Source: Schmidtea polychroa (Eukaryota). From it: a stretch of 64,000 nt of DNA. The first letter of the stretch is position 1. Each line of letters begins with the position of its first letter. Positions 1-14,827 of the stretch are shown here, piece after piece. The notes under the pieces are model-generated. The model was not told where the DNA came from and did no database searches. It saw only the letters and a list, made by a program, of their open reading frames with translations. Made by a program: the position numbers and the translations under genes. The stretch is from NCBI GenBank assembly GCA_044892525.1, contig CM097885.1, positions 10,542,001-10,606,000 of the forward strand, in the 5' to 3' direction.

Positions 1-887
1 GGCTTTAAAATGAGCTATCGTTGAATAATTATCGTTGTCGGGAACTCTGTACATTTAAATTTTAAAATATGACCTTGAAAAAATAAATGACTTTGAAAAA
101 ATAAATGACCTTGAAAAAATAAATGACCTTGACCTTGACCTTGAAAATAATATTTTGAAAAATAAATGACCTTGAAAAATGGTCTCGGTAAAACTTTAAT
201 AACGTTGCCGATGTTAATGATGATGATACCTTCTATGGCTCAATTGAAAGGTCTTAGACTACGCTTCAAAATAAGCTATCGATTAATAAATTCGGATAAT
301 GGCAACATTAATTTTTGGGATGAGAAAAAGTATGTCCCCGCCCGGCCAATTAATAATATTTTGAATAATAATAATAATTTAACGTTGAAAAGATGGTGGT
401 CATCAATTGTTAATAACTTTGTCAATATTAATGATGATGATACCTTCTATGGCTCAATTGAAAGGTCTTAGACTACGCTTCAAAATAAGCTATCGATTAA
501 TAAATTCGGATAATGGGAACATTAAATTTTGGGATGAAAAAAAGTGTGAGCCCGCCAGGCCAATTAATAATATTTTGGAAAATAATAATAATTTAACGTT
601 GAAAAGATGGTGGTCATCAATTGTTAATAACATTAAAACTATTAAAGATATATATGATACCTATAGCTCATTCGAAAGGTCTTGGACTGGGCTTTAAGAT
701 GAGGTATCATCCAATAAAATCCGTTGGTGGGAACATTAATTTTTGGGATGAAAAAAAGTGTGAGCCCGCCAGGCCAATTAATTAAAACAAAAAATTAAAA
801 AAAAAAATTTTTTTTCCCGGGGGGGGGGGGGAGGGGGTATATGTGATGCGGGGAGCTCCTGATCTGGGGAGCTCCAATCCTACTACT
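1..887. mobile_element. Probable right terminus (TIR region) of a Polinton/Maverick element
   Basis: Subterminal ~214-bp tandem repeats, a cluster of TGACCTTGA motifs (70-175), a G-run at ~819-837 and duplicated GGGGAGCTCC. The segment ends in ...CTACTACT at 887, the reverse complement of the AGTAGT-type Polinton terminus. The left part lies outside the window, so the TSD cannot be confirmed. Confidence 0.55.
190..783. repeat. ~214-bp tandem repeat, about 2.7 copies
   Basis: ATGATGATGATACCTTCTATGGCTC recurs at 217 and 431, with a diverged copy at ~655. TTTTGGGATGA...CCCGCC.GGCCAATTAAT recurs three times. Confidence 0.9.
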
Positions 888-1329
888 CGTTTCTTTAATG
901 TTTTGTTTAATGGGCGATAAAAACTAAATGTAACAGTTATAAGAAGTGATTACATAAAAAATTTTATTTTTAAGTTTTGTTTTGTTTTTTTGTACTGATA
1001 TATCAAGTGGGCCGCAAGTTTGACATATCTGATCTAGTATAATTTTTCTTTCTTTCCATTTCTTTTGAAAATATAAATTATGGATAGGAAAACATTCAAG
1101 TCTCATGGGGAAATTTTGACTAGATTAATCCTTATGGTCTACCAGAGAAATTATTTTAAATATTAAAAGAGTGCTTTCAACTGTAATATATTTATTTTAT
1201 TTAAAAACAAAAAAGAAAGTAAAAATATATAAATGTAAATTTTTCCCGTGATATAAATTGTTATTTGCGGGTGACTTCCAATAGTTACACGGTCGAAGTC
1301 TTTGACATCCGTGCTAAAGATCAATATTT

Positions 1330-1853
1330 TTATGACGTCTAACAAGTATGGATATTTCATCTGGAAAACCGCTTTTCATCAAAATATATCCGTTTGAATA
1401 CAGCAAAATATAAATTGCATTTGAAATTACCACAAAAATTGCTTTAAAATTTATTAAATTTTTTTTATCTATTTTATTATATTAATAATTTAATAAGCTT
1501 TCAAATTAATAAAAAATTAAAATTTCAGAGAAAGGAATATTTTATTTTTACATTTATTTTCAATTTTCTTCTTAATGTTCTTTTATTGTGGTATTTCAAA
1601 CGATAAATAAATCTTTCTAATCTGTATGGTCATATAATATATAAAAGATTAATCAGTATTCTGAATACAAAACATTGATATTTAAAGATCCAAATTACAT
1701 TGAAATAACTGTCGATATTTACATTATTTTGAAACACACACCATCAACCAATCAGAATCATGCATTATATATCATTTTTGCTGCAAAATTTGTTTTCATC
1801 AATTACTGATATTGCTAATAAGTTCATTAACCAAATCATGATTGTCTAATGAT
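1330..1853 (+). repeat. Dispersed repeat; inverted copy at ~8415-8695
   Basis: 1330-1462 and 1720-1853 match the reverse complement of the contiguous 8415-8695 segment. This copy carries an extra ~260 bp. Confidence 0.8.
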
Positions 1854-2368
1854 TAGCTATTTTAGCTACTAAGTTTAGCTATTTTATCATGTTGCTGCTT
1901 GAAAGATTACACTGGATATAGACAATTGATATTATTTCAAATTTCATATGGAATTATGTGTTCCAATACCTTCAGTAATTTTAATTCATTGGATTTTCTA
2001 ATATATGGTTTTATATGATAAATTTGCAATTCTGAGCGATTGTTTAAAACAATTTATTCGATATTTTCTAGCATTTGCAAATAGTCAGAAGTCATAGGAC
2101 GCCTATCTTGAATATTCATCATTTAGTTGTTTTTTAAAACACAAGATTATGATAAAACACGTGCTTCTTTGAATGTATTAAATACAGAGTAATGATCTAG
2201 TTTTTTTAGAATTTCTATAAATTTTGCCTTATAAAATTCTTTGCACGAAAAAAGTTTTATAAATTATCTGGTTTATCATTTTTTAAACATTGATTCAATT
2301 GCAACTGCCGCTACACAGACAAATTTAATTTTAACTCGAATGACATAAGCAATACGACTGAATATATT

Positions 2369-2712
2369 TGTGAGGTGTTTTCAGCTGAGAGTTAAATATT
2401 TCAAAAAATTATTAAGATAATATTTATAAATAATTGACTATTTAAAATAACTTTGAAAATAATTTTTAAACTGAAATTTTTAAAATTTTAAATTAAACAA
2501 GCTTTTTAACCGGATCATTTTTAAATAAATATATATTTTAAATACCGAAATTTTAATAAATGGTTTTTTGAAATATTTTATTTAACGCTGAAAATTTGTT
2601 TGGAAATTATACAATATTTCATTAAATAGATATTTGGAATTATGACGTTATCTTTTGAACCGGATTTAAAAAATAATTTAGAAGATGTTTTAGCAGCTTC
2701 TAATAACATTAA
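2369..2712 (+). repeat. Dispersed repeat; inverted copy at ~48340-48713
   Basis: GTGAGGTGTTTTCAGCTGAGA...TTAGCAGCTTCTAATA is matched in reverse complement at 48340-48713. Confidence 0.8.
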
Positions 2713-3285
2713 TACTAGATATACGGGTGTTGATTATATACCTATTTCGTATACATAATTCGATATGCGAAATTAGGAAGTCGGTAGAAGAGAGTAATTA
2801 ATATTTACCTATATTTCATGACGTATCTAAAAACCAACTTATGTATTTAAAAAATAATAATATTATATATATGTAACAATAGAATTTTAAATGAATCAAA
2901 TTAGCTCAGTGCGTAAATCTAGTGTAAATACGTATTGAAATATTTCTATACCTCTATTTTTTAATTTTATTTAATAATTTATTAATTATTTAATTTATTT
3001 CATCAAACAGAAAAACCAATTTCATATTTCCGTTTTCGAGTTTAATATTTTTCTTTACCTTTGTGAATCCATTGAAATCTTCTGGATCTTTTGAGTTTGT
3101 TTATATTTCCACCATCACAACAAGATAATTTAAGATTTAATATAAAATTTATTATCCCATTGTTTTGGATGCATTTCATCATTATTTAACCCAACTTAAT
3201 AGAGATAATGATATTAGTAAAAATGCAGTTAACAATTCATCTTGTTGTTTATATATAATTTGTTACATCAATCGTTTGTCTAATG

Positions 3286-3583
3286 CAGTGCTTCTCATCT
3301 GGGGCCCTAGGGCCCCAGTTGGAGCTATTTCGAAATTAATGGATTTTTAAAATTTGATAAATCATATTTTTTCTCAAGTATATACGTCGTATTTTATGTA
3401 TATTATGATAGAAACAATTTTTTAACACTATAAATATAATTCTAACCAAGATCTATAAGCAAAATTGAAATTTTTTAAGTAAGGGCTTGTAAAAAAATTT
3501 GTTAATTAATTCAAAAACTGGGACAATTTGACTTTTAAACTCTATTGTTGGTGACATAGAGTATAACATGATGAGAAGCACTG
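3286..3583. mobile_element. hAT (Charlie/Buster-type) MITE
   Basis: TIRs CAGTGCTTCTCATC...GATGAGAAGCACTG; 8-bp TSD GTCTAATG/ATCTAATG. Confidence 0.9.
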
Positions 3584-3655
3584 ATCTAATGTATTTATTA
3601 GCGTTTAAAGTGTTTTTTATGATTTTTCAATAAAACCCTTTTTAATCCTCTAATC

Positions 3656-4176
<521 letters not shown>

Positions 4177-7100
4177 CCTAATCCCAACATTGCTCTTAAA
4201 TAATTTTAATAATAATTTCAAGCAAATTATCAGCAATAAGTTGTGGGAGTTCTTGTAAAATATTCTTATTAAAGCGTTAAAATGGGTTCAAGGCCAGTTG
4301 TTAGAAAATTCTTTTTTTCGGAAATCTCCTAGCTAGGAAAATAAAAATTTCAAAATTTATTCTATTATAATAAAATTTTCTTTTTGTAAATTTAATTAAA
4401 TTGCAAATTAATCACTAAAAATAGCATAAAAATAAACCATTTATATTTATTTCTTGATTTCAACGTTTTTAAATAAAAAATCGTTTTATTTATCAAATTT
4501 TATTTTGTATGCCATGAATATATTACTAATACAAAGGAAAGATATAATTCTGGTACTTTATCTCTTGTCAATTTTATTAAAGCATTGAGTAGATCTATTA
4601 AATTTAGTTTAAGAAATTAAATAAAACTTTATTTAATTTATAGTTTTTTCTATTTTATTATTTTATTTTAGTTTTTTAAAATTTAAATTATACTTTTTGA
4701 GTTAATAATAAAATAAATAATAAAACGAAATGATGGCGTTTTGAAATGTGACCTTTACCTTGGAACTTGTGATGTTTTTACATAACCCATTTTTTACTTT
4801 TCGGTCAAAATATTATGAGCAAATTTAACCAGGGGAACTTTGTTAAGTAATTACTTAAATTGTCATTAAAATATTAAATTATCAAATCAAGTTTCGACGT
4901 GCTTTTAAATTTTTATTCTTTTCAATCAAATATAATTTTTAAAATTTATTTTTCGTATTTAATTATTTAAACACATTTTTTCGGTTTATTTAAACAAATG
5001 AGTTGTATATTTTATTGATAATTATACTATTTTAAAAAATTAATTTTGTATTGTGTTATTTCCACAAAAATTATTATTAATATTTTGATTGCTTTTTAAA
5101 ATTTATTATTTATTATTTATAAAAACTGATATATTCAATTTCATGTCTAATTATAATTTAATAAAATATATTTGTTCTTCTATAAATAAATTACTGGCAC
5201 ATAAAGCTGTTTATATTTATTTTATAGAAATAATTTAATATTTAAATATTAATATAATTATATAAAATATAAATTTACAAAATTTTAATTTAAGAAAATG
5301 TTTTTCACATTTTTGTTTTATTAAAATGAGATGAAATTCAAACAAAATAATCAATATTTACAGTCTTTATTGTTTTTATTAATGATAAAAGTTGAAAGTT
5401 TCTTATATTTTAAATACTAGCGGCTAATACGGTGTTTTAATCTTGGAATTGTTTTCATATGAATAGCGTCGAGGATCATTTATCATTATCATGACACTTT
5501 GTTTTCATACTTATTGAGAAATAAAATTAAATAAAATTAATAAAATTAAATTCAGGATAAGTTAAGGAATGGAAATCTTCTGAATTATATCTTTATTTGT
5601 TTTATTAAACGCCACACTTACGCTCCCAACAAATTCATTGTATGAACCTCTCTCCAATTTACTTTTGATATTATTTAACCATTTTAACAAATTCTTTAAC
5701 TATAAATTAACTTTATCATTACGAATATTCTTTCTCTGTATTTTTTGTTTAAAATGGATAAATATTAACCGAATGTATATATAATTTTATTGAAAATTCA
5801 TGCATTTACTCGTGGATTTGAGTTCAGCCAATCAGCTGCATTCAATTAAATTTTGACCAATCACTGACAATTAAGTGAAACAGCTGATTTAAACATTCTA
5901 AATATCTACAAATGTATTTAAAAAATTTATTTAGACATCTGTTAATTTTCATTTAACGAATTTAATTACTGACATTTTTTAAACAATTAAATCAAGAATT
6001 AATAAAATTTATTCAAAAACCAATTTCTAAGATTTAACGAGTTAATTTGATTATTTAGAAAACATCACAAATCCTAAGGTAAAGGGTTAATTAATAAAAT
6101 AAAACATAAAAACATATAAAACATATATAATAACATATATTAAAACATATATAATAGAAAAGTATAAATGATCTCATTGAATAATGAATGCTGTCAATAA
6201 AATTAACAATACAAAATAGGGGGTACAGAAATTGTTTAGACTTTCCAATAATTTATCTATTACTTAATTTTTCATTTTTAAACCATGTCGGACTTTGTAG
6301 AATTTTCCCAAGTTATTTTTATTGATTTTAAGCAAAATGTCATAACTAAATTAATGCAAAAGCTAAATTATTTCCGTCACACAAAAATAGTTTATAATCA
6401 TGTTGTGCTTGTGGAACGGTCACATCTTTGACATATTTAATTCTTTAAAAACTGACCATGACGCTGGAAATCTAATTAAGGAAAAATTTTTCTACAATAA
6501 ATCTCTTGAATTGAAAATAGCTATTTAACATCCTTTCCATATGCTATGTTTACCCCGCAATCACTCCTACTACCACTTCGTTTCCCGCAATTTTGCTTTA
6601 ATAAATATAATGTATAAGCAACATTATACTATTTTTGTTTGATATTTTTTCTTTAACTTTCCAAATAAATCGAAATCTACTCGGTTTTTGAGTTTGTTCA
6701 TATTTCCTCTATTACAGCAAGATAATTTGAAATTTAATTTAAGATTGATTAACGATCTCGATTTGTAAATATATTCGTCGCATTATCCATTTGTTTTTGT
6801 TATTTATTAGCAATAAAATTGATCTTTTATAATTTTTTAATACAAAAAAAACTTTTTTAATACATTCTACAAATCCCAACATTGCTTCTAACAACTTTAA
6901 CAATGATGTCAAGCAAATAATCTACAACAAATTGTGGGAATATTTGTAAAATACTTCCATTTTGATAAAATAAATTTTGAGTTATAAAAATAACTATGAG
7001 TCCTAAATATTGGGCAATTTTTGCAAATATATTATTAAAATATATTTTTCTTTATTTGGTTCTTGAAATAAATCAGTAATGATAATGACATTGCCTAAAT

Positions 7101-7208
7101 GTATCCTAGATAATCAGTTTTTATCAAATCCTATAATTCTTGTTCTTTTAATTTTACTGAATTGTTCTTGTATCATATTATGTTAATCATCAGCACCTAT
7201 ATTCCAAT

Positions 7209-8090
7209 GGTTACATGACATTTAAACACGTGACACTTTAACATGGACACACATTAACATACGACAGATTAACACCGTGACATATTAGCATAGTGACAGT
7301 TTAACATGGACACACATTAACATACGACAGATTAACACCGTGACATATTAGCATAGTGACAGTTTAACATGGACACACTTTAACATACGACAGATAAAAG
7401 ATTTTTTCGGTGCAGCTCAAAAACCGGTTGTTATAATCGCTTCCTTTATTAGCTGGAAAGAGTTAAAAAATCGAAATAAACACCTCGTTCAGACAACATA
7501 TTTAAATAACATAGTTTTTGAATGTTTTCGCAGTAATTTGTGCTTTAAAATTAAATAAGCGGTTTTCGTAAACATTATTGAATATAAAAAAATGAAACAA
7601 ATAAAACGGTCGAATGAAACTGAAGGAATCAATGATTTGAAAAAACATTAACCGAAAATTCTTTATATTTTTTAACTTTATACAATTTTAGAATTGTAAT
7701 TTTGTTGGTACTACTTAAAAAATCTGGAGTAAGAATAAGATATCTAAAACATCCCAACGTTTGTTCAAATTCTTGTCTCACACCATATTTTATTTTTATT
7801 CATATTATTGTTACTTAAAATATACTGTATCATGCAACCTATGTACATTTATTAAAGAAAACTTGAAAAAATTTAAGAAAATTCGTATGTTCAAATCAAG
7901 TTGGTAACGTTTTTAAATGCCTATATGTAGCAAATTTTAACTTTATTTAGCCTATGATCATTTCCATTTTTATCTTCCAAAATTAAAATGTGTGATAATC
8001 TGCCGTATGTTAAAGTGTGGCAATATTAAACTGCCACTATGTTAATATGTCACAGTGTTAAAATGTCGCATGTTTAAATGTCGGCACACC
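7209..8090. mobile_element. Non-autonomous DNA transposon with subterminal tandem repeats (MULE- or Merlin-like)
   Basis: GG...CC ends. ~60-bp tandem repeats at 7230-7395 are inverted at 7995-8085. Imperfect 8-bp TSD ATTCCAAT/ATGTCAAT. Confidence 0.65.
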
Positions 8091-8414
8091 ATGTCAATGT
8101 ATTTTATTGAACTTTGATTTAAAAAATTTTTATTGTAATTAATTATAAATAAGATGTTTATATACACGGACCCACAATTTTATATAAAGGATCATTTCTT
8201 AATTCTTTATAATTAAGATTTTTTAAGACATTAATACTATTTTAAATTGATTAATATACTTAGAGCTATTTCAGTAAATTTTCAGTTACTCTTGCTAAAC
8301 TTCCAAAAGCTTAACCTCAAAAGTTGCAAATTTTGTCATTTAAAATTAGGAATAAGCTGAAATATTTTCCTTAATAAGATATGTTAAGTGTAATCTTTTA
8401 TATAGCAACATAAA

Positions 8415-8695
8415 TCATTAGACGATCATGATTTGGTTAATCAACTTAGTAGCAATATCAGTGATTGATGAAAACAAATTTTCTAGACATTTTACTAGGC
8501 AGCAAAAATGAAATATTAATGCATGATTCTGATTGGTTGATGGTGTGTTTCAAGATAATATAAAGAATTTAATAAATTTTAAAGCAATTTTTTGTAGTAA
8601 TTTCAAATACAATTTATATTTTATTGTATTCAAACGAACATAATTTGATGAAAAGCGTTTATCTAGATGACATTTAAACTTGTTAGACATCATAC
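8415..8695 (-). repeat. Inverted copy of the 1330-1853 repeat, lacking the insertion
   Basis: Direct sequence comparison. Confidence 0.8.
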
Positions 8696-9431
8696 AAACG
8701 GTCTAGATGTTCCTCAAAGAGAAGGCAGGGATAACAAATTTTATGTTACAACAAACGAAAAATTGCGTTCACAATTTTTTCAACATTCTGCTAACATTTC
8801 TACAATTTATTCAACAAGGTTTTTTAACCAATATTGTAACTCAACAATAAAGACGTATTTGTTTAAGGAAACCCTCGAATTTCCTTTGCATTTAGACTGT
8901 ATTTTTTTTGTTTGAAAAAGGTCATTGAAATATTCAGTGATCAAATATTCTGAAATAAACTCAATATTATTAATAAAAAAGTAAGTGAAAAATATTTTCA
9001 AGTAAAAAACTATTTATATGCAATTTTTACTGCAATATAGAAATATTTTCATAGAGAAATATTCTACGAAAATCTTTTATATTTTCCCCAATTTTAATCT
9101 AATTAAAAGCGCAATAGAAAAATCAGTTCAGCAATTTATTTGCAAGTAAAACTTTGGTTGTTTATTCCAGAATATTATTTACTGATAATATAAAATTTCA
9201 AACCAGCTAAAATAGACAACATTTGGACATTTTTACTGACCAAATAAATTAATATTTTATTAGATTATATCATTTTAATTATTGTCTGTCTCAAAGAGAA
9301 TGTAACTAGCGGGTCAATTCAATTTTATCATTGAAACTTTCTTTGAGTATGAGCCTTTCATCTGAAAAATTAGATAACAATTCCTTACAAAATATATTTT
9401 TTGATGCAATAATACTTAATACTAGCTAAAT

Positions 9432-9664
9432 CAGTGTTTTCCGACCTCATTTATATCATGCCCCACCGATCCCTTTGAAGTAGCGATGAAACTTTGATAA
9501 ACAGTATTGCCAGTATGCAATATAACGGTCGATTAAATTGCTGTATGCACGTTGTTATATTTAGTCGTGAATGAGCATTGTATTAAGAAAATGTATGTGG
9601 AATATTTGATAATTGCTGACATGTCTCATCTCTAACGCGAGATACCCCACCGTGAGAAACACTG
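9432..9664. mobile_element. hAT-type MITE
   Basis: CAGTGTTTTC...GAGAAACACTG ends; flanks AGCTAAAT/AAATAAAT (6/8 match). Confidence 0.7.
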
Positions 9665-11276
9665 AAATAAATGAATAATTTCTGAATTTTTTGTTTTATT
9701 AAAGTCAGATAGTGATGTTTTCAGTAAATTTCGTAATTTCTTTATTCACCTATCAATATTGTTTGTTTTCTTTTAACATTTAATTTATTATCATTATTAC
9801 GAATATAGATAAAATTTTGTTTCCTACATAGCACGAACTTACGGGATTGTCTTTATTGAGTGTTATTTCATTTTTATATTCAATCCTATTTTATATAATT
9901 TAATTTAATTTTAATTAAAAAGAAAGGAAAGTACAGGGAAAAAAATATAGGAATTCTAGCTTTTTTGCGAGCAACTTGTTGTTCTTTCAACTGTGATTTT
10001 GCGTTTCACTTCAAATTAAAATTTTTATTGTTTTGGTAGTAAAAATTTTTAAAACAATTTTACCGCATTTGTATATCAAAAAAAATTTTCTGGACGCTTT
10101 TATATTTTACTAAAAAAGCAAATTCGGAAAAAAGCATTTTTTTCTGGACGAAAAACACCTAAATTTGCGAGCCCTTTGTTGTTTTTTTCACAGCTCACCA
10201 CTGGATGTATGTGATTTGTATGATGACGAAGGTATTGTACTTTTCATAAATTAGGCTTCGGAAGAAGTAAGGAGTCTCTAAAATTTACTTTGTAACATTT
10301 AGCATTTTGTTTTATCAATAGATGATGTTACCTTATATAAGTTTCTCTATGTTCACAGTAATTTCTGGTTTCGTAGTGATATAATTCTAACATTTTTATG
10401 TCAATTTCTTCAAGTTTTTGTTTTGTAAGGGTTACCTTACACATTCATTATGTATTATTTACTTAGTAAAAAATAATCAGACATTCTTGAACTTTGACAA
10501 ATATCTAAAATTAAACAGATCTTATTCATTTTTCCTGTTTCTTCTCTATATTATGTACTTTGTTAAAGGATAAGCTTGATAGCAGAAGCCGAATTTCCTC
10601 TATGAATTTTCAGTATTTGGTGACCCTAGATTAAAATCTCGTTCGTTTTATATGAAAATTAATTATATATGAAAAAATTCTCCAATTTAGAAATTGAGCA
10701 AATAGTTCTTCTAAAAATATCTCTGTTAAAACATATTATGGTGTTTACACTTTTTAAATATTTAAATTGTAATTTTATCTTTGTTTTAAAAGTGTTATAA
10801 CAATAAATTAATTAATTTTTATATTCAATGCAAATTGGAACAAATAAAACATGCTATATAAAACTATTAAAATAAAAAATTAATTTATTAGCAAATCAGA
10901 CAAAACATTATAAAATTAATCACATAACTAAGATATAAAATTAATCTAAAATATAATTTAAATAATTCTCATTCCTGTATAATAAATACACTAACTAATA
11001 CATTGACTAACTAACGCTTGATACAGACTATGCCAACATTTAAAACAAACTGCGAAAAAGTAAACAGTTCCTTCAATGACGAGCCTTTAAGACAAAATGT
11101 CAATCCTTTCTTACTTTTGATATAAATTTGTAATATCGATAGTTATTTTGCGTTTTATCAAGAATTTAAACAAAACATTTTTTATAACAAATTCTTGCAA
11201 TAAAGTTCACAAAGTTGTTTCCAACTAAAAGTTATGAGTATGAGTATTTTGTCATTGAACACAATTATTATATATA

Positions 11277-12233
11277 CACCTAATTCCGAAATTTAATAAC
11301 TTCTATAATCTAAAAAAATCAATAAATATATATTATAGGAACACACAAACTTACCTGTGTGTAGAAATTTATTGTTCCGAAATTTAGTAACTTTATTATA
11401 GGTTTTGTGAAGGTGAGAGAAAAATAACTGAACACACCAACACAAAACACATAATGAAAAATGCATGCAAAATTCTTATATAGGTTTTTGTTCCGAAATA
11501 AATAACTGTTAACATATTGATAACATATTGTTAAAATATAATTATTTTAAAATTATTAAAAAATGCAAGAAAATACTTTTAATTTAGATTTTGATAGCTC
11601 TACCTTGAGCTTTAGAGAAAAAGAAGAAAATACAATGTAAGTTTTATTCATTAAATTACAAAACATTAAAATATTGAAGGTCCTTCGAGATCTTTTGATT
11701 TATAGAAAGAAATTCGCAAATCGTAAATTTAAATAAATTATTTTAATAAATTAATATTTTCTTAGATATATAGAAAATAACAAAATACGGCTTATTAATG
11801 CCTTTGAAAATGGGGACAATTACCAAGAATTTGGAAGATTGCATTAAAAAAATAAATGTATTCGGTGATTAGTTTATTTATTTAGTTAAAAATATATCTA
11901 ATTCACATTTTAACGAAATAATTCCAGATAAATGCATAAAATATCATATAATTCCTAAAAAACACCTGAAAATTAATTATTAATGTTATATTATAAATGC
12001 TGACTAATAGTAATATTTAAGAACTTGAATAATGATCTCATAATTATAGAAAATCAAAATTCAAGTCTTAAAAGTTACTTGAAATTAAAAAAATTACCTG
12101 AAAACCATTTTTAATAAATTGAATAAATGTAAATGAAATTGAATAACTTCATTTTCACGTAAATGGTGACTCACCTCAACTGGTGTGCACACCAACGTGA
12201 ATTATAGAGGTTATTAAATTTCGGAATTGGGTG
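11277..12233. mobile_element. Tc1/mariner-type MITE, family A
   Basis: TA|CACCTAATTCCGAAATTTAATAAC...GTTATTAAATTTCGGAATTGGGTG|TA; TA TSD; second copy at 20024-20918. Confidence 0.88.
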
Positions 12234-12412
12234 TATTAGTGTAGAAATTGTTTTCTTTAATTTATTATATTATGAGGAATTTTATTTCAACATTTATTTT
12301 CGCCAGACCTGTCCAAAACCCAAAAATTCCCTAGGTCGTGCATAAAATAATTTTAAAGTTATTATTTAATGATTTATACACTATTTATACACTTTATATC
12401 AGTGAATCCTAA

Positions 12413-12777
12413 CCCTTTCTAGCCCACTACACACCAAAAAATAGATTTTTTTATGGCACATCTAAACAAAAAATTATGTAGTTGTTTACTTTTGTAAAAT
12501 TTAAATTTTATACTATCGCATTTAGATGAAGATATAAAATCACGTTATTTTGCGTAATATAATATTGAAAAAAAATACAAGGGGTATTCAAAAAAGATGA
12601 AAATGCGCCAATAAGTTTCACAAAATATAAATTTCCAATATAAGAAGCATAAGCTTTCGAATGATAAAAGATAAATGTATCTTAGTATTTTAAAAGCTCC
12701 ATAAGGGTAGGAGTTCGTTTTTTTATTTGAATCTTGCGACACACCTGTAGATCTCTCGCGGTACACTGGATAGGAAA
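12413..12777. mobile_element. Degenerate piggyBac-like MITE
   Basis: Left end CCCTTTCTAGCCC resembles that of the element at 50888. The right end ACACCTGTAGATCTCTCGCGGT...GGATAGGAA is decayed. Confidence 0.4.
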
Positions 12778-13969
12778 CACTGCTTTATACACTACTGATA
12801 ATCTCTAATCTACACTCTACAATTGATAGATATACGATATAAAAATGTTTACGATTTCCCGAAAGCTTTAACATCCAAGTTATGTTGACATCAAGCAAAA
12901 AACTGAAAACGTCAATTTATCAAATGACAAAGGAAAAGAATGAAAATTAATTAACTAGAAAATATCTAGAAATCAAAGGCATTCTTTGAGATGAAAATAA
13001 ATATGATAAATTATTCAAATATATTTGATGGATATCATACAAACAAATTATGTTTCCATCAGTTGGAATAAGCTCCCGTCACGGATGATTGAACATTTTG
13101 AATTAAGTTGTTTCCATAAACTACCCAACAGGATTTTTTTGTTTTAATTAAAGTAACAAAATCCTAAATATAATTTATAACCGTAAAGTATACATGAAAA
13201 TTATTTATAATTATTAAATTTATTTTTATTATTAAAATATATAAAAGACGATCTGAGATTTCATTTGGTCTGTATTTACGTAACCAAAATTTATTTTTAC
13301 TTTTTCCTGAAACTGATTGTCATTCTCTATAACAGAGGGAGATTGCTCTTTTAACCTGTTTATGATATACGATTAAGATTCTCATACATAAGGACCTTAT
13401 ACTCCTTTAAATTGGTGAAATATACCCAAATATCCTTTAGGGAATCTGACAGGAAGTAGCTTATTTTTGTAGAATAAAAAATAATGAGTAAAATACTTCA
13501 GTGAAATAATATCCCTATTTTGACTGCAATTAAAACAAAATTTGACTAAATATAATGAAATTATACACCTACAGACGAATTTGAGAAATTACTTAAAGGC
13601 ATTAATAAATTTTACAGAACTAATTGGTAAAGTGTAAATCAGAAAAGAAATTCATGTCAAGAATAAAAAAAGAATTTCTTTTTATTTAACATTTCACTTA
13701 TTTTCATTACGATTATAAATTAGATTTTCTTATCTTATGCAACACAACAAAAAAAACTCTGAAAATTTCAGTGAAAACAAAAACAAATCGAATGTGAACA
13801 AACAAATAAATGATTTCTTTATGTTTTAATATTTACGAAAATAATATTTATATATCAATGTAAATTTCATAAAGGTAGTAGTGAAAGTGTCCCCCATCCA
13901 TATTTGACTTGAAGGAAATATATAATTTGACCTCGGAAAAATATAATTTGTCAAGAATTTCTTTATTTA

Positions 13970-14827
13970 ATCGCCATCTAATTTATATGTGCAAACTAAT
14001 CCAGCCGCCAAAAAAAGCCCTTTTAGATTCCACACTTGTTGGTTGGGTAGTCATTAGAAAATCATAAGCCATTTGTATATATTTTCCTCTTAACTTTTCT
14101 TCTTGAAAATAAGTTAATTCTTTTTTATTAACTTGACTTAGATTTTGAATTGTTTTTTTGGTAGTTTTTTTCTTATGGAATACTTCTTATTGGATTCTTT
14201 CAACAGCAACTTTTATCGGTAATAACGCTAGTATTATATCAGATAACAATGTAAGTTCGTCGTTGGTAAAGTTAATAGCTGATTTCAAATCTATATGACT
14301 CTTTCTCACACTATCCTTAATCAACGCGAAACGCCCCATCATAGCTAGCAAACTTTTCGAGTAAGTTTTATCGTGAAGTATTATTGAAAGTTTTTTACCT
14401 AATTCTTCTTTTACATGTTTTTGTAATATTTCGTCATTCTTTGTCGGGCTTCTACTGAATATTTTGCATAATTTTCATACTTTTGTTATCAGCAAACACA
14501 TCTGTACGTTTTTTACAGAATTCAGATGAGAATAATTATTCATCTCTTGTAGTATGTGTTAACGTTCATCATTATCTTCATTATCATTATCATTGGCATT
14601 TGCATCAGGTAATTCAACAAGTTCTTGATATTCATCCTCAATTTCATCGAAATTATTTTACTATACCGAACTTTGATTATAGCCAATTGAATTTCATGTG
14701 CAAGACATAATCGATATAACATTCGGTAACTCGGCTGAAACAATCCCATTCTAATTACCGATTAAAATCTTAAATATATTTTTTGGTTAATTACTGGTAA
14801 ACTGGTTAACCGGTATTGCAAAATCTA
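13970..14827 (-). mobile_element. Decayed, internally deleted hAT transposase with one terminus
   Basis: The minus strand gives LCLAHEIQLAIIKV (hAT CxxH motif), SPTKNDEILQKHVKEELGKKL and PTSVESKRAF.AAGLVCT (dimerisation domain), with frameshifts and stops. Terminus TAGATTTTGCAATACCGGTT at 14827. Confidence 0.85.

Noticed and set aside
166..697. ORFs of 101 and 96 aa
   Set aside because: They are translations of the 214-bp tandem repeat in shifting frames, with no recognisable domain.
7230..7395. Repeat array resembling CRISPR
   Set aside because: No spacers; these are subterminal repeats of a TIR element.
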